DNA of 52,955 nt, from the NCBI GenBank assembly GCA_050575255.1, contig JBNZDD010013120.1, forward strand, positions 6,476 to 59,430, written 5' to 3'. Below are positions 30,722 through 44,868 of the stretch, in pieces. Position 1 is the stretch's first letter; every line of letters starts with the position of its first letter. The notes beneath the pieces are model-generated. The model had not been told where the DNA came from, ran no database searches, and was given only the letters and a program-made list of their open reading frames with translations. Made by a program: the position numbers and the translations under genes. The DNA is from Harriotta raleighana (lineage: Eukaryota).

Positions 30722-31506
30722 TGGCACACCAAGCACATCCATACCACATAGTAGATCAAAGCCCTTGACCTTTAACAGGAGCAGTTGCAGCCCTACTTAT
30801 AACATCGGGCCTAGCTATCTGATTTCATTACAATTCTTTTATTCTACTATCCACCGGACTTATCCTCCTACTATTGACTGTAATCCAATGATGACGAGAT
30901 GTAATTCGAGAAAGTACCTTTCAAGGACACCACACACTCCCAGTACAAAAAGGACTACGATGAGGAATAGTCCTCTTTATTACATCTGAAGTTTTATTCT
31001 TCTTTGGCTTCTTCTGAGCTTTTTACCACTCTAGTTTAGCCCCTACTCCAGAACTAGGAAACTGCTGGCCCCCTACAGGGGTATCTCCTTTAAACCCCTT
31101 TGAAGTACCCCTTCTAAATACAGCAATTTTATTAGCCTCAGGCGTAACAATCACCTGGGCCCATCATAGCCTGATAGAAGGGTCCCGAAAAGAGATAACA
31201 CAAGCCCTAACATTAACAGTTCTTCTAGGGGTGTACTTCACACTTCTACAAGCAATAGAATACTACGAAGCCCCCTTTACAATTTCTGACGGGGTCTACG
31301 GCTCCACATTCTTCGTTGCCACAGGATTCCACGGCCTGCACGTCATCATCGGCACTACCTTTCTCATGGTTTGCCTAGCACGCCAAATCCAATTTCATTT
31401 TACCTCAATGCACCACTTTGGCTTTGAAGCCGCAGCCTGATACTGACACTTTGTAGATGTTGTCTGATTATTCCTTTACGTGTCAATTTATTGATGAGGC
31501 TCATAA
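30721..31506 (+). CDS. COX3: cytochrome c oxidase subunit III, copy 3
   Basis: Copy at +22244. Confidence 0.94.
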
Positions 31507-31574
31507 ATCTTTCTAGTAAAATTTTACAAATGACTTCCAATCATTTAATCTTGGTTAAAACCCAAGGAGAGATA

Positions 31575-31925
31575 ATGAACCTCATTATTCTTGTTTTCAT
31601 TGTATGCTTTACATTATCTTCAATTCTAGTAACCATTGCTTTTTGATTACCCCAATTCAAACCGGATGGAGAGAAACTCTCCCCGTATGAATGTGGTTTT
31701 GACCCACTGGGCTCTGCCCGTCTACCCTTTTCCCTTCGCTTCTTCCTTGTCGCTATTCTTTTTTTATTATTCGATCTAGAAATTGCCCTTCTTCTTCCTA
31801 TTCCTTGAAGTAATCAACTAGAATCCCCAACAATAACCCTCACTGCTGCCCTACTTATTATCATCCTTCTCACACTAGGCCTGGTATACGAATGACTCCA
31901 AGGAGGTTTAGAATGAGCAGAATAG
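31575..31925 (+). CDS. ND3: NADH dehydrogenase subunit 3, copy 3
   Basis: Copy at +22244. Confidence 0.94.
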
Positions 31926-31992
31926 GTGTTTAATCTAAACAAGAACACTAATTTCGACTTAGTACATCGTGATGAAAACACACGAACACCTT

Positions 31993-32289
31993 ATGACACC
32001 CTTACACTTCACATTCTCCGCAGCTTTCACATTAAGCTTCTTCGGCCTAACAATTCACCGTACATATCTCCTCTCCGCCCTTCTTTGTTTAGAAGGAATA
32101 ATACTAACACTATATGTCGCTCTAACCCTCTGATCTGTACAAAACAGCTCTTCCAACTACTTAGTAAGCCCCCTAATCCTACTAGCCTTTTCAGCATGTG
32201 AAGCATGTACAGGCCTAGCCCTTCTAGTAGCTACCACCCGCACCCATGGAAGTAATCACTTACAAAACCTAAATCTCCTACAATGCTAA
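31993..32289 (+). CDS. ND4L: NADH dehydrogenase subunit 4L, copy 3
   Basis: Copy at +22244. Confidence 0.94.
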
Positions 32290-33659
32290 AAATTCTAATC
32301 CCCACCCTTATACTAATAACCTTTACCTGACTTACCCCCAAAAAATGATTATGAACAACAACAACTTCTCACGCCTTCCTCATTGCTGTCGCCTCTCTAA
32401 TTTGATTTAAATGGGATAACGAAACTGGCTGAACTTTTACTAATAATTTTGTAGGGGTAGACCCCCTCTCCGCCCCCTTGATAATCCTCACCTGTTGACT
32501 TCTCCCTTTAATAATAATAGCCAGTCAAAATCACCTAAAAACGGAGCCCATTAATCACCAACGAGCCTACATTACCCTTTTAATCACCTTACAATTATCC
32601 CTAACCATAGCCTTCAGTTCCCTAGAAATGATTTCATTCTACATTATATTCGAAACCACCCTCATCCCAACACTTATTCTCATCACCCGATGAGGAAACC
32701 AAAAAGAACGACTCAACGCAGGTATCTACTTCCTATTTTATACCCTAGCAGGCTCCCTCCCCCTTTTAGTTGCCCTCCTTACCCTCCAAAACTGAACACA
32801 CTCCTTATCTTTGTTCATCCTTCCATTTACACAAACCCAAACAAACGACTGAGGTAATATTTTATGATGAGCCGCCTGCTTAACTGCCTTCTTAGTAAAA
32901 ATACCCCTCTACGGAGTTCACCTCTGACTACCCAAAGCCCATGTAGAAGCCCCTATCGCAGGCTCTATGATTTTAGCAGCTATCCTACTAAAACTAGGAG
33001 GATACGGATTAATACGTATTATTGTAGTCCTAAATCCCTTAACCAAAGACTACGCCTACCCCTTCATCATCCTCTCCGTCTGGGGCATTGTAATAGCTGG
33101 CTCTATTTGTATACGTCAGACAGATCTGAAATCCCTAATCGCTTATTCATCCGTCAGTCATATGGGCCTTGTAACTGCTGCTATTCTTATCCAAACCCCC
33201 TGAAGCTTCATAGGGGCGATATTACTAATGATCTCTCACGGATTAATCTCCTCCGCCCTATTCTGCTTAGCTAATACAAACTATGAACGAATCCATAGCC
33301 GCACCCTTCTGCTAGCCCGAGGAATTCAGACGATCCTTCCACTAATAGCATCCTGATGATTCCTAACCAACCTAGCTAATCTAGCTCTTCCTCCCTCTAC
33401 TAACTTAATAGGAGAACTATTAATCATGACCTCCCTATTCTCCTGATCTGTTTGAACCCTTATTTTAACAGGGTTTGGCACTCTTATTACAGTTTGCTAC
33501 TCCCTTTATATGTTCCTAATAACCCAACGAGGTCTCACTCCCTCTCATTTAATTACCCTCCACCCTTCCCACACACGAGAACACCTAATAATTAGTCTCC
33601 ATCTCATCCCCTCCGCTCTCTTAATTCTTTCTCCCAACCTTATTTTAGGATGAACATAA
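32283..33659 (+). CDS. ND4: NADH dehydrogenase subunit 4, copy 3
   Basis: Copy of 21287-22663. Confidence 0.94.
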
Positions 33660-33867
33660 CAGGTATAGTTTAACTAAAACAATAAATTGTGGTTTTATAA
33701 ATGAAAGTTAAAATCTTTTTGTCCGTCGAACAAGACTAAGGAGTACAAAGAATTGCTAATTCTCGAAACCATAGTTCAACTCTATGGCTTGATCAACTCC
33801 TAAAAGATAATAGTCATCTATTGGTCTTAGGAACCAAAAATTCTTGGTGCAACCCCAAGTAGAAGTA

Positions 33868-35694
33868 ATGAATAGCATCTTCAACTCAGCCTACCTTATG
33901 ATTCTACTACTACTCTTCTTCCCCCTAATTTTACCATTATTCCAAAATGCCTTTGATAAAAACATAGAAAATCACGCTAAATGAGCAATCAAATTAAGCT
34001 TCTTCATCAGCCTCGTCCCCCTTGCTATATTTATTGAACAAGGAGTTCAAACCATTATCACAAACATTTCATGAATCAACCTACCCTTATTTAACATCAA
34101 CCTTAGTTTCAAATTCGACACATACTCCGTCATGTTTACATCTGTAGCCTTATACGTTACATGATCCATCCTAGAATTTACATCCTGATACATGTCCTCT
34201 GACCCTAATATTAACCGCTTCTTCAAATACTTACTCCTGTTTTTAATTACTATAATCCTCCTAGTTACTGCTAATAATATATTTCAACTCTTTATTGGCT
34301 GAGAAGGAGTAGGCATTATATCCTTCCTACTAATTGGATGATGGTACGGCCGAGCCGATGCCAACACTGCTGCTCTCCAAGCTGTCATTTATAACCGAAT
34401 TGGGGACATCGGCCTCATCCTGTGCATAATCTGACTAGCCACAAACCTTAACTCCTGAGATATAAACCAAGCCATATTCCTCTCAAAAGAACTTAATTTA
34501 ACAACCCCCCTATTAGGGCTAGTCCTAGCCGCAACAGGAAAGTCTGCCCAATTTGGCCTCCACCCATGACTTCCTTCCGCTATAGAAGGCCCCACTCCCG
34601 TCTCAGCATTACTCCATTCCAGCACAATAGTAGTAGCCGGGATCTTCCTTTTAATTCGCCTAAGTCCTTTATTTCAAAACAATAAAGAAATCTTAACCCT
34701 CTGCCTATGTTTAGGGGCCCTAACAACCTTATTTACTGCTACTTGTGCCCTGACCCAAAATGACATCAAAAAGATCATTGCCTTTTCCACCTCCAGCCAA
34801 TTAGGGTTAATGATAGTTACCATCGGATTGAACCAACCATACTTAGCCTTCCTTCACGTATGCACACATGCTTTCTTCAAAGCCATATTATTCCTATGTT
34901 CCGGCTCCATCATCCACAGCCTAAATAATGAACAAGACATTCGTAAAATAGGAGGCCTAAATAATCTTATACCTTTTACCTCCTCCTGTATAATACTAGG
35001 GAGCCTTGCTCTCACGGGTATACCCTTCCTATCAGGATTTTTTTCCAAAGATGCAATCATCGAATCGCTTAACACCTCCTACCTGAACGCCTGAGCCCTT
35101 ATTCTTACTCTCCTTGCAACTTCCTTCACCGCTATCTATAGCCTTCGGCTAATTACTTCCACCATAATAGGTTTCCCTCGATTCCCCTCCATTTCCCCCA
35201 TCAATGAAAACTACAAACTCCTTAAAAATCCCATTAAACGCCTAGCATACGGAAGTATCCTTGCAGGCTTCATCCTTACATCTAATATTCCCCACAACAA
35301 AAATCTTATTATAACTATACCTCCCCTAATAAAACTCACAGCCCTATTGATCACAATCCTCGGCCTCATCCTAGCCCTAGAACTCACTAACTTAACAACC
35401 AAACAACTCAAGATCTCCCCTAATATAAAACTACATAATTTCTCTAATATATTAGGGTATTTTCCACCCATTATCCACCGTCTCCTGCCAAGTATTAACT
35501 TGAAATGAGGACAAACAATTGCCACCCACACAATAGACCTAACCTGATATGAAAAAACAGGTCCAAAAATAACAGAACTTAACCAAAAAATCATTAAAAT
35601 TATTCATTCCCCCCAAAAAGGGATAATTAAAACCTATTTAACCCTCTCTCTTCTATCAATTATTACATTACTTCTCTTCTTTACTCTAATTTAA
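33868..35694 (+). CDS. ND5: NADH dehydrogenase subunit 5 (complete)
   Basis: ATG..TAA, 1827 bp; [49 protein letters not shown]. Confidence 0.95.
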
Positions 35695-35978
35695 ACCACC
35701 CGCAACGCTCCTCGACTCAGTCCCCGAATTAATTCAAGAACTGCAAAAAGCGTTAAAAGAAGAATTCATCCAGCCAAAACTAACAACAACACCCCACTAG
35801 AATACATCAAAGACGTACCACTTAAGTCTCCCCGTCATAGACTCAAACCACTAAACTCATCAACCCCCAGCCAATTTAATATATTTCAATCCCCATAAAA
35901 ATATAATACCCCTATACCTACTCCCACTAAATACAACACCACATTAGTCAAAACAGACCGGTCTCACCAACTTTTAGG
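35691..35978 (-). CDS. ND6: NADH dehydrogenase subunit 6 (3' part only, cut by N gap)
   Basis: C-terminus ...[14 protein letters not shown] then TAA on minus strand. Confidence 0.9.
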
Positions 35979-35988
35979 NNNNNNNNNN

Positions 35989-36778
35989 TATCAAAGAACC
36001 TATTCGCCCTTCTACCTCCTCCTCCTTTATATTTATACTAGCCCCAACTATAGCCCTAACACTAGCCTTAATTATATGAATACCTCTTCCCCTCCCCTAC
36101 GCCCTTCTAGATATCAACTTAACCATTTTATTCATCCTTGCCCTATCGAGTCTTACAGTTTACGCCATCCTCGCCTCAGGCTGATCTTCAAACTCTAAAT
36201 ACGCATTAATAGGAGCTTTACGAGCAGTAGCCCAAACTATCTCCTATGAAGTCAGCCTAGGACTGATTCTATTATGCTTGATTATTCTCACTGGGAGTTA
36301 CTCACTTATATCCTTTAACATTACACAAGAGAGCATTTGACTGCTAATTCCAGAATGACCCTTAGCCGCAATATGGTATATCTCAACACTAGCTGAAACT
36401 AATCGCGCTCCATTTGATCTCACCGAAGGAGAATCAGAACTAGTCTCAGGCTTCAACGTTGAGTACGCAGGAGGACCCTTTGCCCTACTATTTTTAGCAG
36501 AATATGCAAACATCCTAATAATAAATACCCTCTCAGCCATCCTATTTTTAGGAGCCCTACACAACCCCTTAATACCTGAACTAACCACCATTAACCTCAT
36601 ACTAAAAGCAACTATTTTATCCTTAATATTCCTATGAGTACGAGCATCCTATCCTCGCTTCCGCTACGATCAACTCATACACCTTATCTGAAAAAACTTC
36701 CTTCCCCTATCTTTAGCTCTCATTCTATGACATGTCTCCCTCCCTATCGCTATAGCAAGCGTCCCCCCATCCATTTAA
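35989..36778 (+). CDS. ND1: NADH dehydrogenase subunit 1 (5' truncated), copy 4
   Basis: Copy of 2747-3536. Confidence 0.92.
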
Positions 36779-36992
36779 TATTAAGGAAATGTGCCTGAAT
36801 TAAAGGACTATTTTGATAGAGTAGATAATAGAGGTTAAAGCCCCCTCATTTCCTTAGAACAATAGGACTCGAACCTACACAAAAGAGATCAAAACTCTTT
36901 ATGCTTCCTTACATCACATTCTAAGTAGGGTCAGCTAATTAAGCTTTTGGGCCCATACCCCGAACACGTTGGTTAAAATCCTTCCCCTACTA

Positions 36993-38036
36993 ATGAACCC
37001 ATTAACAATATCCATCTTTATCTTAAGCCTAGGACTAGGCACAACTATCACCTTCTCTAGCTCCCATTGATTACTTGCCTGAATAGGCTTAGAAATTAAT
37101 ACCATTGCCATCACCCCCTTAATAATTAAACAACATCACCCCCGAGCTGTAGAAGCAACAACAAAATATTTCCTAACACAAGCTACTGCATCCGCATTAC
37201 TCTTATTCGCAGCTATCACCAACGCTTGAACAACCGGTCAGTGAAGCCTCCTAGAGATAGAAAACACAACTGCCATCTCTCTTATCACTATAGCCTTAGC
37301 CCTCAAATTAGGTCTTGCCCCAATACACTTTTGGCTCCCAGAGGTCCTCCAAGGGCTTGACTTAAAGACAGGCTTAATCTTGGCAACATGACAAAAACTC
37401 GCCCCTTTCATCATCCTAATCCAAATTGCACCAGCCCTAAACCCTTATATTATAACAATCCTAGCACTCCTCTCTACCTTTATTGGGGGTTGAGGGGGCC
37501 TCAACCAGACACAACTACGAAAAATCCTAGCCTACTCCTCAATCGCCCACCTAGGATGAATAACAATTATCCTACAATACTCTACTAATATCGCTCTTCT
37601 TAACCTTTTTCTATATTTAATTATTACTTCTACTATCTTCCTCTTATTTAATCTATTCAATTCAACAACAATCAACTCAATTTCTATAATAACAACAAAA
37701 AATCCAGCTATTACACCTATTGCTATAATAACCCTCCTTTCCTTGGGGGGTCTTCCACCCCTCACAGGGTTCGTACCAAAATGATTAATTCTTCAAGAAC
37801 TTGTTTATCAAGACATATTCTTAATCGCCACAATCATAGCAATATCCACCCTCCTAAGCTTATTCTTCTATCTCCGACTAACCTACGCCATTACCCTAAC
37901 AATAACCCCCAACACCATAAACATAACATCAATCTGAACAACAAAAAACAACCTGAAGCCCATTCTTCCTATCATTATTACCCTCTCAACAATACTCCTC
38001 CCCCTAACCCCCTTGTTGCTCCTCACTCTCCAATAG
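36993..38036 (+). CDS. ND2: NADH dehydrogenase subunit 2, copy 4
   Basis: Copy at +33242. Confidence 0.94.
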
Positions 38037-38422
38037 AGACTTAAGTTAAACAAACTAAAAGCCTTCAAAGCTTTTTATAGAAGTTCAACTCTTCTAGTCC
38101 CTGTTAAGGTCTATAAGACTTTATCTCATATATTCTGAATGCAACTCAGATACTTTAATTAAGCTAAGACCTCACTAGATGGGTAAGCATCGATCTTACA
38201 AACTTTTAGTTAACAGCTAAATATTCAAACCATCGAACATCCACCTAGGTCCTTCCTCTTCGCCTTTTAGGGGAAGAGAGGCGAGAGGAAGCCCCGGAAG
38301 GTCCTCCCTTCATTCCCGGAGTTGCAATCCGGTGTGAATTTCACTACGAGACTTGGTAAGAAGAGGTTCTACCCTCTGTAAACGGATTTACAATCCACCA
38401 CCTAAACTCGGCCATCTTACCT

Positions 38423-39982
<1,560 letters not shown>

Positions 39983-40118
39983 AATTGAACCCCCATATTT
40001 TAGTTTCAAGCTAATTACATAACCACTCTGTCACTCTCTTAATAACACAAAGCACTAGTAAAAGTATTACATTATCTTGTCAAGATAAAATCACGGGCTA
40101 AAAACCCGTGTGCTTTAA

Positions 40119-40809
40119 ATGGCACATCCCTCTCAATTAGGCTTTCAAGACGCAGCTTCCCCCGTAATAGAAGAACTCTTACACTTCCATGACCACACCC
40201 TTATAATCGTATTCTTGATCAGTACTCTAGTAATCTATATCATCACAGTGACAGTAACAACTAAATTAACAAACAAATTTATTCTTGATTCACAAGGAAT
40301 CGAAATTATTTGAACTATTCTTCCAGCTATTATTTTGATCTCAATTGCCCTCCCATCCCTGCGTATTCTATACCTTATAGATGAAATTATTAACCCACAC
40401 CTTACAATTAAAGCAGTCGGACATCAATGATATTGAAGCTACGAATACACTGACTATGAAAACCTAGAATTTGACTCTTACATAGTACAAACACAAGACT
40501 TAACCCCCGGTCAATTTCGACTCTTAGAAACTGACCATCGTATAGTAATTCCAATAGAGGCCCCTATCCGTATTTTAGTATCAGCTGATGACGTACTACA
40601 CTCATGGGCCGTACCCGCCTTAGGGGTAAAAATAGACGCTGTGCCAGGGCGACTAAACCAAACTGCTTTTCTAGTTACTCGCCCAGGTGTCTTTTACGGA
40701 CAATGTTCAGAAATCTGTGGAGCTAATCACAGCTTTATACCAATTGTAGTAGAAGCCGTGCCTCTTCAACACTTCGAAAACTGATCTCTATTAACATTAG
40801 AAGAAAGCT
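40119..40809 (+). CDS. COX2: cytochrome c oxidase subunit II, mosaic variant (three divergent blocks, 5 aa changes)
   Basis: Frame intact; differs from other copies at 40208-40271, 40352-40406, 40560-40625. Confidence 0.93.
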
Positions 40810-40880
40810 CACTAAGAAGCTAAAGTACCAGCATTAGCCTTTTAAGCTAAAGATAGGTGACTCATAATCACCCTTAATGA

Positions 40881-41048
40881 ATGCCACAACTAAACCCTAA
40901 CCCGTGATTCCTAATCATTTTATTTACTTGAGCTATTTTCTTGACCATCCTTCCCAATAAGATTAATAAACACACCTTTTCTAATAAACCCGCAATTCAT
41001 AACATCCCCGCTCCTAAAACTAATAACTGAAACTGACCATGAACTTAA
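40881..41048 (+). CDS. ATP8: ATP synthase F0 subunit 8, divergent 55-aa variant
   Basis: MPQLNPNPWFLIILFTWAIFLTILPNKINKHTFSNKPAIHNIPAPKTNNWNWPWT, 168 bp. Confidence 0.93.
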
Positions 41049-41722
41049 GCTTCTTCGACCAATTCATAAGCCCCTCTCTAATAAACATCCCTCTTCTAGC
41101 TTTAGCCCTTACCCTTCCATGACTACTTTTCCCCACTCTTACAAACCGATGACTAAACAACCGCCTTATTACTCTACAAACCTGATTTATTGGACAATTT
41201 ACTAACCAACTTCTTTCGCCTATTAACCCTAAAATGCATAAATGAGCAATAATCTTTTGTTCCCTTGTACTTCTTCTTATAACCTTAAACCTCTTGGGAT
41301 TATTACCTTATACCTTTACCCCCACAACCCAACTATCCTTAAACCTAGGCCTAGCTGTCCCTCTCTGACTAGCTACAGTTTTAGTAGGCATGATTAATCA
41401 ACCCACTACATCCCTTGGTCACCTCCTACCAGAAGGAACCCCTACTCCCCTCATTCCCATACTCATCATCATCGAAACAATTAGTCTCATAATTCGTCCT
41501 ATTGCACTTGCAGTACGGCTTACAGCTAATCTGACAGCTGGCCACCTTTTAATACAACTTATTGCCACTGCAGCCTTCGTATTAATAAATTCTATACCAG
41601 TAGTGGCTATACTGACTTCCATAGTTCTATTCTTGCTCACACTTCTAGAAGTAGCTGTAGCACTTATTCAAGCATACGTATTTGTCCTCCTATTAAGTCT
41701 CTATCTACAAGAAAACACCTAA
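41039..41722 (+). CDS. ATP6: ATP synthase F0 subunit 6, mosaic variant (three divergent blocks, 5 aa changes)
   Basis: Frame intact; differs at 41182-41239, 41291-41377, 41635-41683. Confidence 0.93.
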
Positions 41723-42507
41723 TGGCACACCAAGCACATCCATACCACATAGTAGATCAAAGCCCTTGACCTTTAACAGGAGCAGTTGCAGCCCTACTTA
41801 TAACATCGGGCCTAGCTATCTGATTTCATTACAACTCCTTTATCTTGCTTTCCGTCGGACTACTCCTGCTAACGCTGACTGTAATCCAATGATGACGAGA
41901 TGTAATTCGAGAAAGTACCTTTCAAGGACACCACACACTCCCAGTACAAAAAGGACTACGATGAGGAATAGTCCTCTTTATTACATCTGAAGTTTTATTC
42001 TTCTTTGGCTTCTTCTGAGCTTTTTACCACTCTAGTTTAGCCCCTACTCCAGAACTAGGAAACTGCTGGCCCCCTACAGGGGTATCTCCTTTAAACCCCT
42101 TTGAAGTACCCCTTCTAAATACAGCAATTTTATTAGCCTCAGGCGTAACAATCACCTGGGCCCATCATAGCCTGATAGAAGGGTCCCGAAAAGAGATAAC
42201 ACAAGCCCTAACATTAACAGTTCTTCTAGGGGTGTACTTCACACTTCTACAAGCAATAGAATACTACGAAGCCCCCTTTACAATTTCTGACGGGGTCTAC
42301 GGCTCCACATTCTTCGTTGCCACAGGATTCCACGGCCTGCACGTCATCATCGGCACTACCTTTCTCATGGTTTGCCTAGCACGCCAAATCCAATTTCATT
42401 TTACCTCAATGCACCACTTTGGCTTTGAAGCCGCAGCCTGATACTGACACTTTGTAGATGTTGTCTGATTATTCCTTTACGTGTCAATTTATTGATGAGG
42501 CTCATAA
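41722..42507 (+). CDS. COX3: cytochrome c oxidase subunit III, mosaic variant (one divergent block, 3 aa changes)
   Basis: Frame intact; differs at 41835-41875. Confidence 0.93.
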
Positions 42508-42575
42508 ATCTTTCTAGTAAAATTTTACAAATGACTTCCAATCATTTAATCTTGGTTAAAACCCAAGGAGAGATA

Positions 42576-42926
42576 ATGAACCTCATTATTCTTGTTTTCA
42601 TTGTATGCTTTACATTATCTTCAATTCTAGTAACCATTGCTTTTTGATTACCCCAATTCAAACCGGATGGAGAGAAACTCTCCCCGTATGAATGTGGTTT
42701 TGACCCACTGGGCTCTGCCCGTCTACCCTTTTCCCTTCGCTTCTTCCTTGTCGCTATTCTTTTTTTATTATTCGATCTAGAAATTGCCCTTCTTCTTCCT
42801 ATTCCTTGAAGTAATCAACTAGAATCCCCAACAATAACCCTCACTGCTGCCCTACTTATTATCATCCTTCTCACACTAGGCCTGGTATACGAATGACTCC
42901 AAGGAGGTTTAGAATGAGCAGAATAG
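42576..42926 (+). CDS. ND3: NADH dehydrogenase subunit 3, copy 4
   Basis: Copy at +33245. Confidence 0.94.
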
Positions 42927-42993
42927 GTGTTTAATCTAAACAAGAACACTAATTTCGACTTAGTACATCGTGATGAAAACACACGAACACCTT

Positions 42994-43290
42994 ATGACAC
43001 CCTTACACTTCACATTCTCCGCAGCTTTCACATTAAGCTTCTTCGGCCTAACAATTCACCGTACATATCTCCTCTCCGCCCTTCTTTGTTTAGAAGGAAT
43101 AATACTAACACTATATGTCGCTCTAACCCTCTGATCTGTACAAAACAGCTCTTCCAACTACTTAGTAAGCCCCCTAATCCTACTAGCCTTTTCAGCATGT
43201 GAAGCATGTACAGGCCTAGCCCTTCTAGTAGCTACCACCCGCACCCATGGAAGTAATCACTTACAAAACCTAAATCTCCTACAATGCTAA
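42994..43290 (+). CDS. ND4L: NADH dehydrogenase subunit 4L, copy 4
   Basis: Copy at +33245. Confidence 0.94.
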
Positions 43291-44660
43291 AAATTCTAAT
43301 CCCCACCCTTATACTAATAACCTTTACCTGACTTACCCCCAAAAAATGATTATGAACAACAACAACTTCTCACGCCTTCCTCATTGCTGTCGCCTCTCTA
43401 ATTTGATTTAAATGGGATAACGAAACTGGCTGAACTTTTACTAATAATTTTGTAGGGGTAGACCCCCTCTCCGCCCCCTTGATAATCCTCACCTGTTGAC
43501 TTCTCCCTTTAATAATAATAGCCAGTCAAAATCACCTAAAAACGGAGCCCATTAATCACCAACGAGCCTACATTACCCTTTTAATCACCTTACAATTATC
43601 CCTAACCATAGCCTTCAGTTCCCTAGAAATGATTTCATTCTACATTATATTCGAAACCACCCTCATCCCAACACTTATTCTCATCACCCGATGAGGAAAC
43701 CAAAAAGAACGACTCAACGCAGGTATCTACTTCCTATTTTATACCCTAGCAGGCTCCCTCCCCCTTTTAGTTGCCCTCCTTACCCTCCAAAACTGAACAC
43801 ACTCCTTATCTTTGTTCATCCTTCCATTTACACAAACCCAAACAAACGACTGAGGTAATATTTTATGATGAGCCGCCTGCTTAACTGCCTTCTTAGTAAA
43901 AATACCCCTCTACGGAGTTCACCTCTGACTACCCAAAGCCCATGTAGAAGCCCCTATCGCAGGCTCTATGATTTTAGCAGCTATCCTACTAAAACTAGGA
44001 GGATACGGATTAATACGTATTATTGTAGTCCTAAATCCCTTAACCAAAGACTACGCCTACCCCTTCATCATCCTCTCCGTCTGGGGCATTGTAATAGCTG
44101 GCTCTATTTGTATACGTCAGACAGATCTGAAATCCCTAATCGCTTATTCATCCGTCAGTCATATGGGCCTTGTAACTGCTGCTATTCTTATCCAAACCCC
44201 CTGAAGCTTCATAGGGGCGATATTACTAATGATCTCTCACGGATTAATCTCCTCCGCCCTATTCTGCTTAGCTAATACAAACTATGAACGAATCCATAGC
44301 CGCACCCTTCTGCTAGCCCGAGGAATTCAGACGATCCTTCCACTAATAGCATCCTGATGATTCCTAACCAACCTAGCTAATCTAGCTCTTCCTCCCTCTA
44401 CTAACTTAATAGGAGAACTATTAATCATGACCTCCCTATTCTCCTGATCTGTTTGAACCCTTATTTTAACAGGGTTTGGCACTCTTATTACAGTTTGCTA
44501 CTCCCTTTATATGTTCCTAATAACCCAACGAGGTCTCACTCCCTCTCATTTAATTACCCTCCACCCTTCCCACACACGAGAACACCTAATAATTAGTCTC
44601 CATCTCATCCCCTCCGCTCTCTTAATTCTTTCTCCCAACCTTATTTTAGGATGAACATAA
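43284..44660 (+). CDS. ND4: NADH dehydrogenase subunit 4, copy 4
   Basis: Copy of 21287-22663. Confidence 0.94.
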
Positions 44661-44868
44661 CAGGTATAGTTTAACTAAAACAATAAATTGTGGTTTTATA
44701 AATGAAAGTTAAAATCTTTTTGTCCGTCGAACAAGACTAAGGAGTACAAAGAATTGCTAATTCTCGAAACCATAGTTCAACTCTATGGCTTGATCAACTC
44801 CTAAAAGATAATAGTCATCTATTGGTCTTAGGAACCAAAAATTCTTGGTGCAACCCCAAGTAGAAGTA

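Noticed and set aside
40208-41875. RNA editing, hypermutation or sequencing error as the source of the blocks
   Set aside because: All substitution types occur, are concentrated at synonymous sites and include an in-frame codon indel; this is evolutionary divergence.
40208-41875. Doubly uniparental inheritance or a complete second heteroplasmic genome
   Set aside because: Divergence is confined to eight blocks with matching sequence between them; DUI is known only from bivalves.
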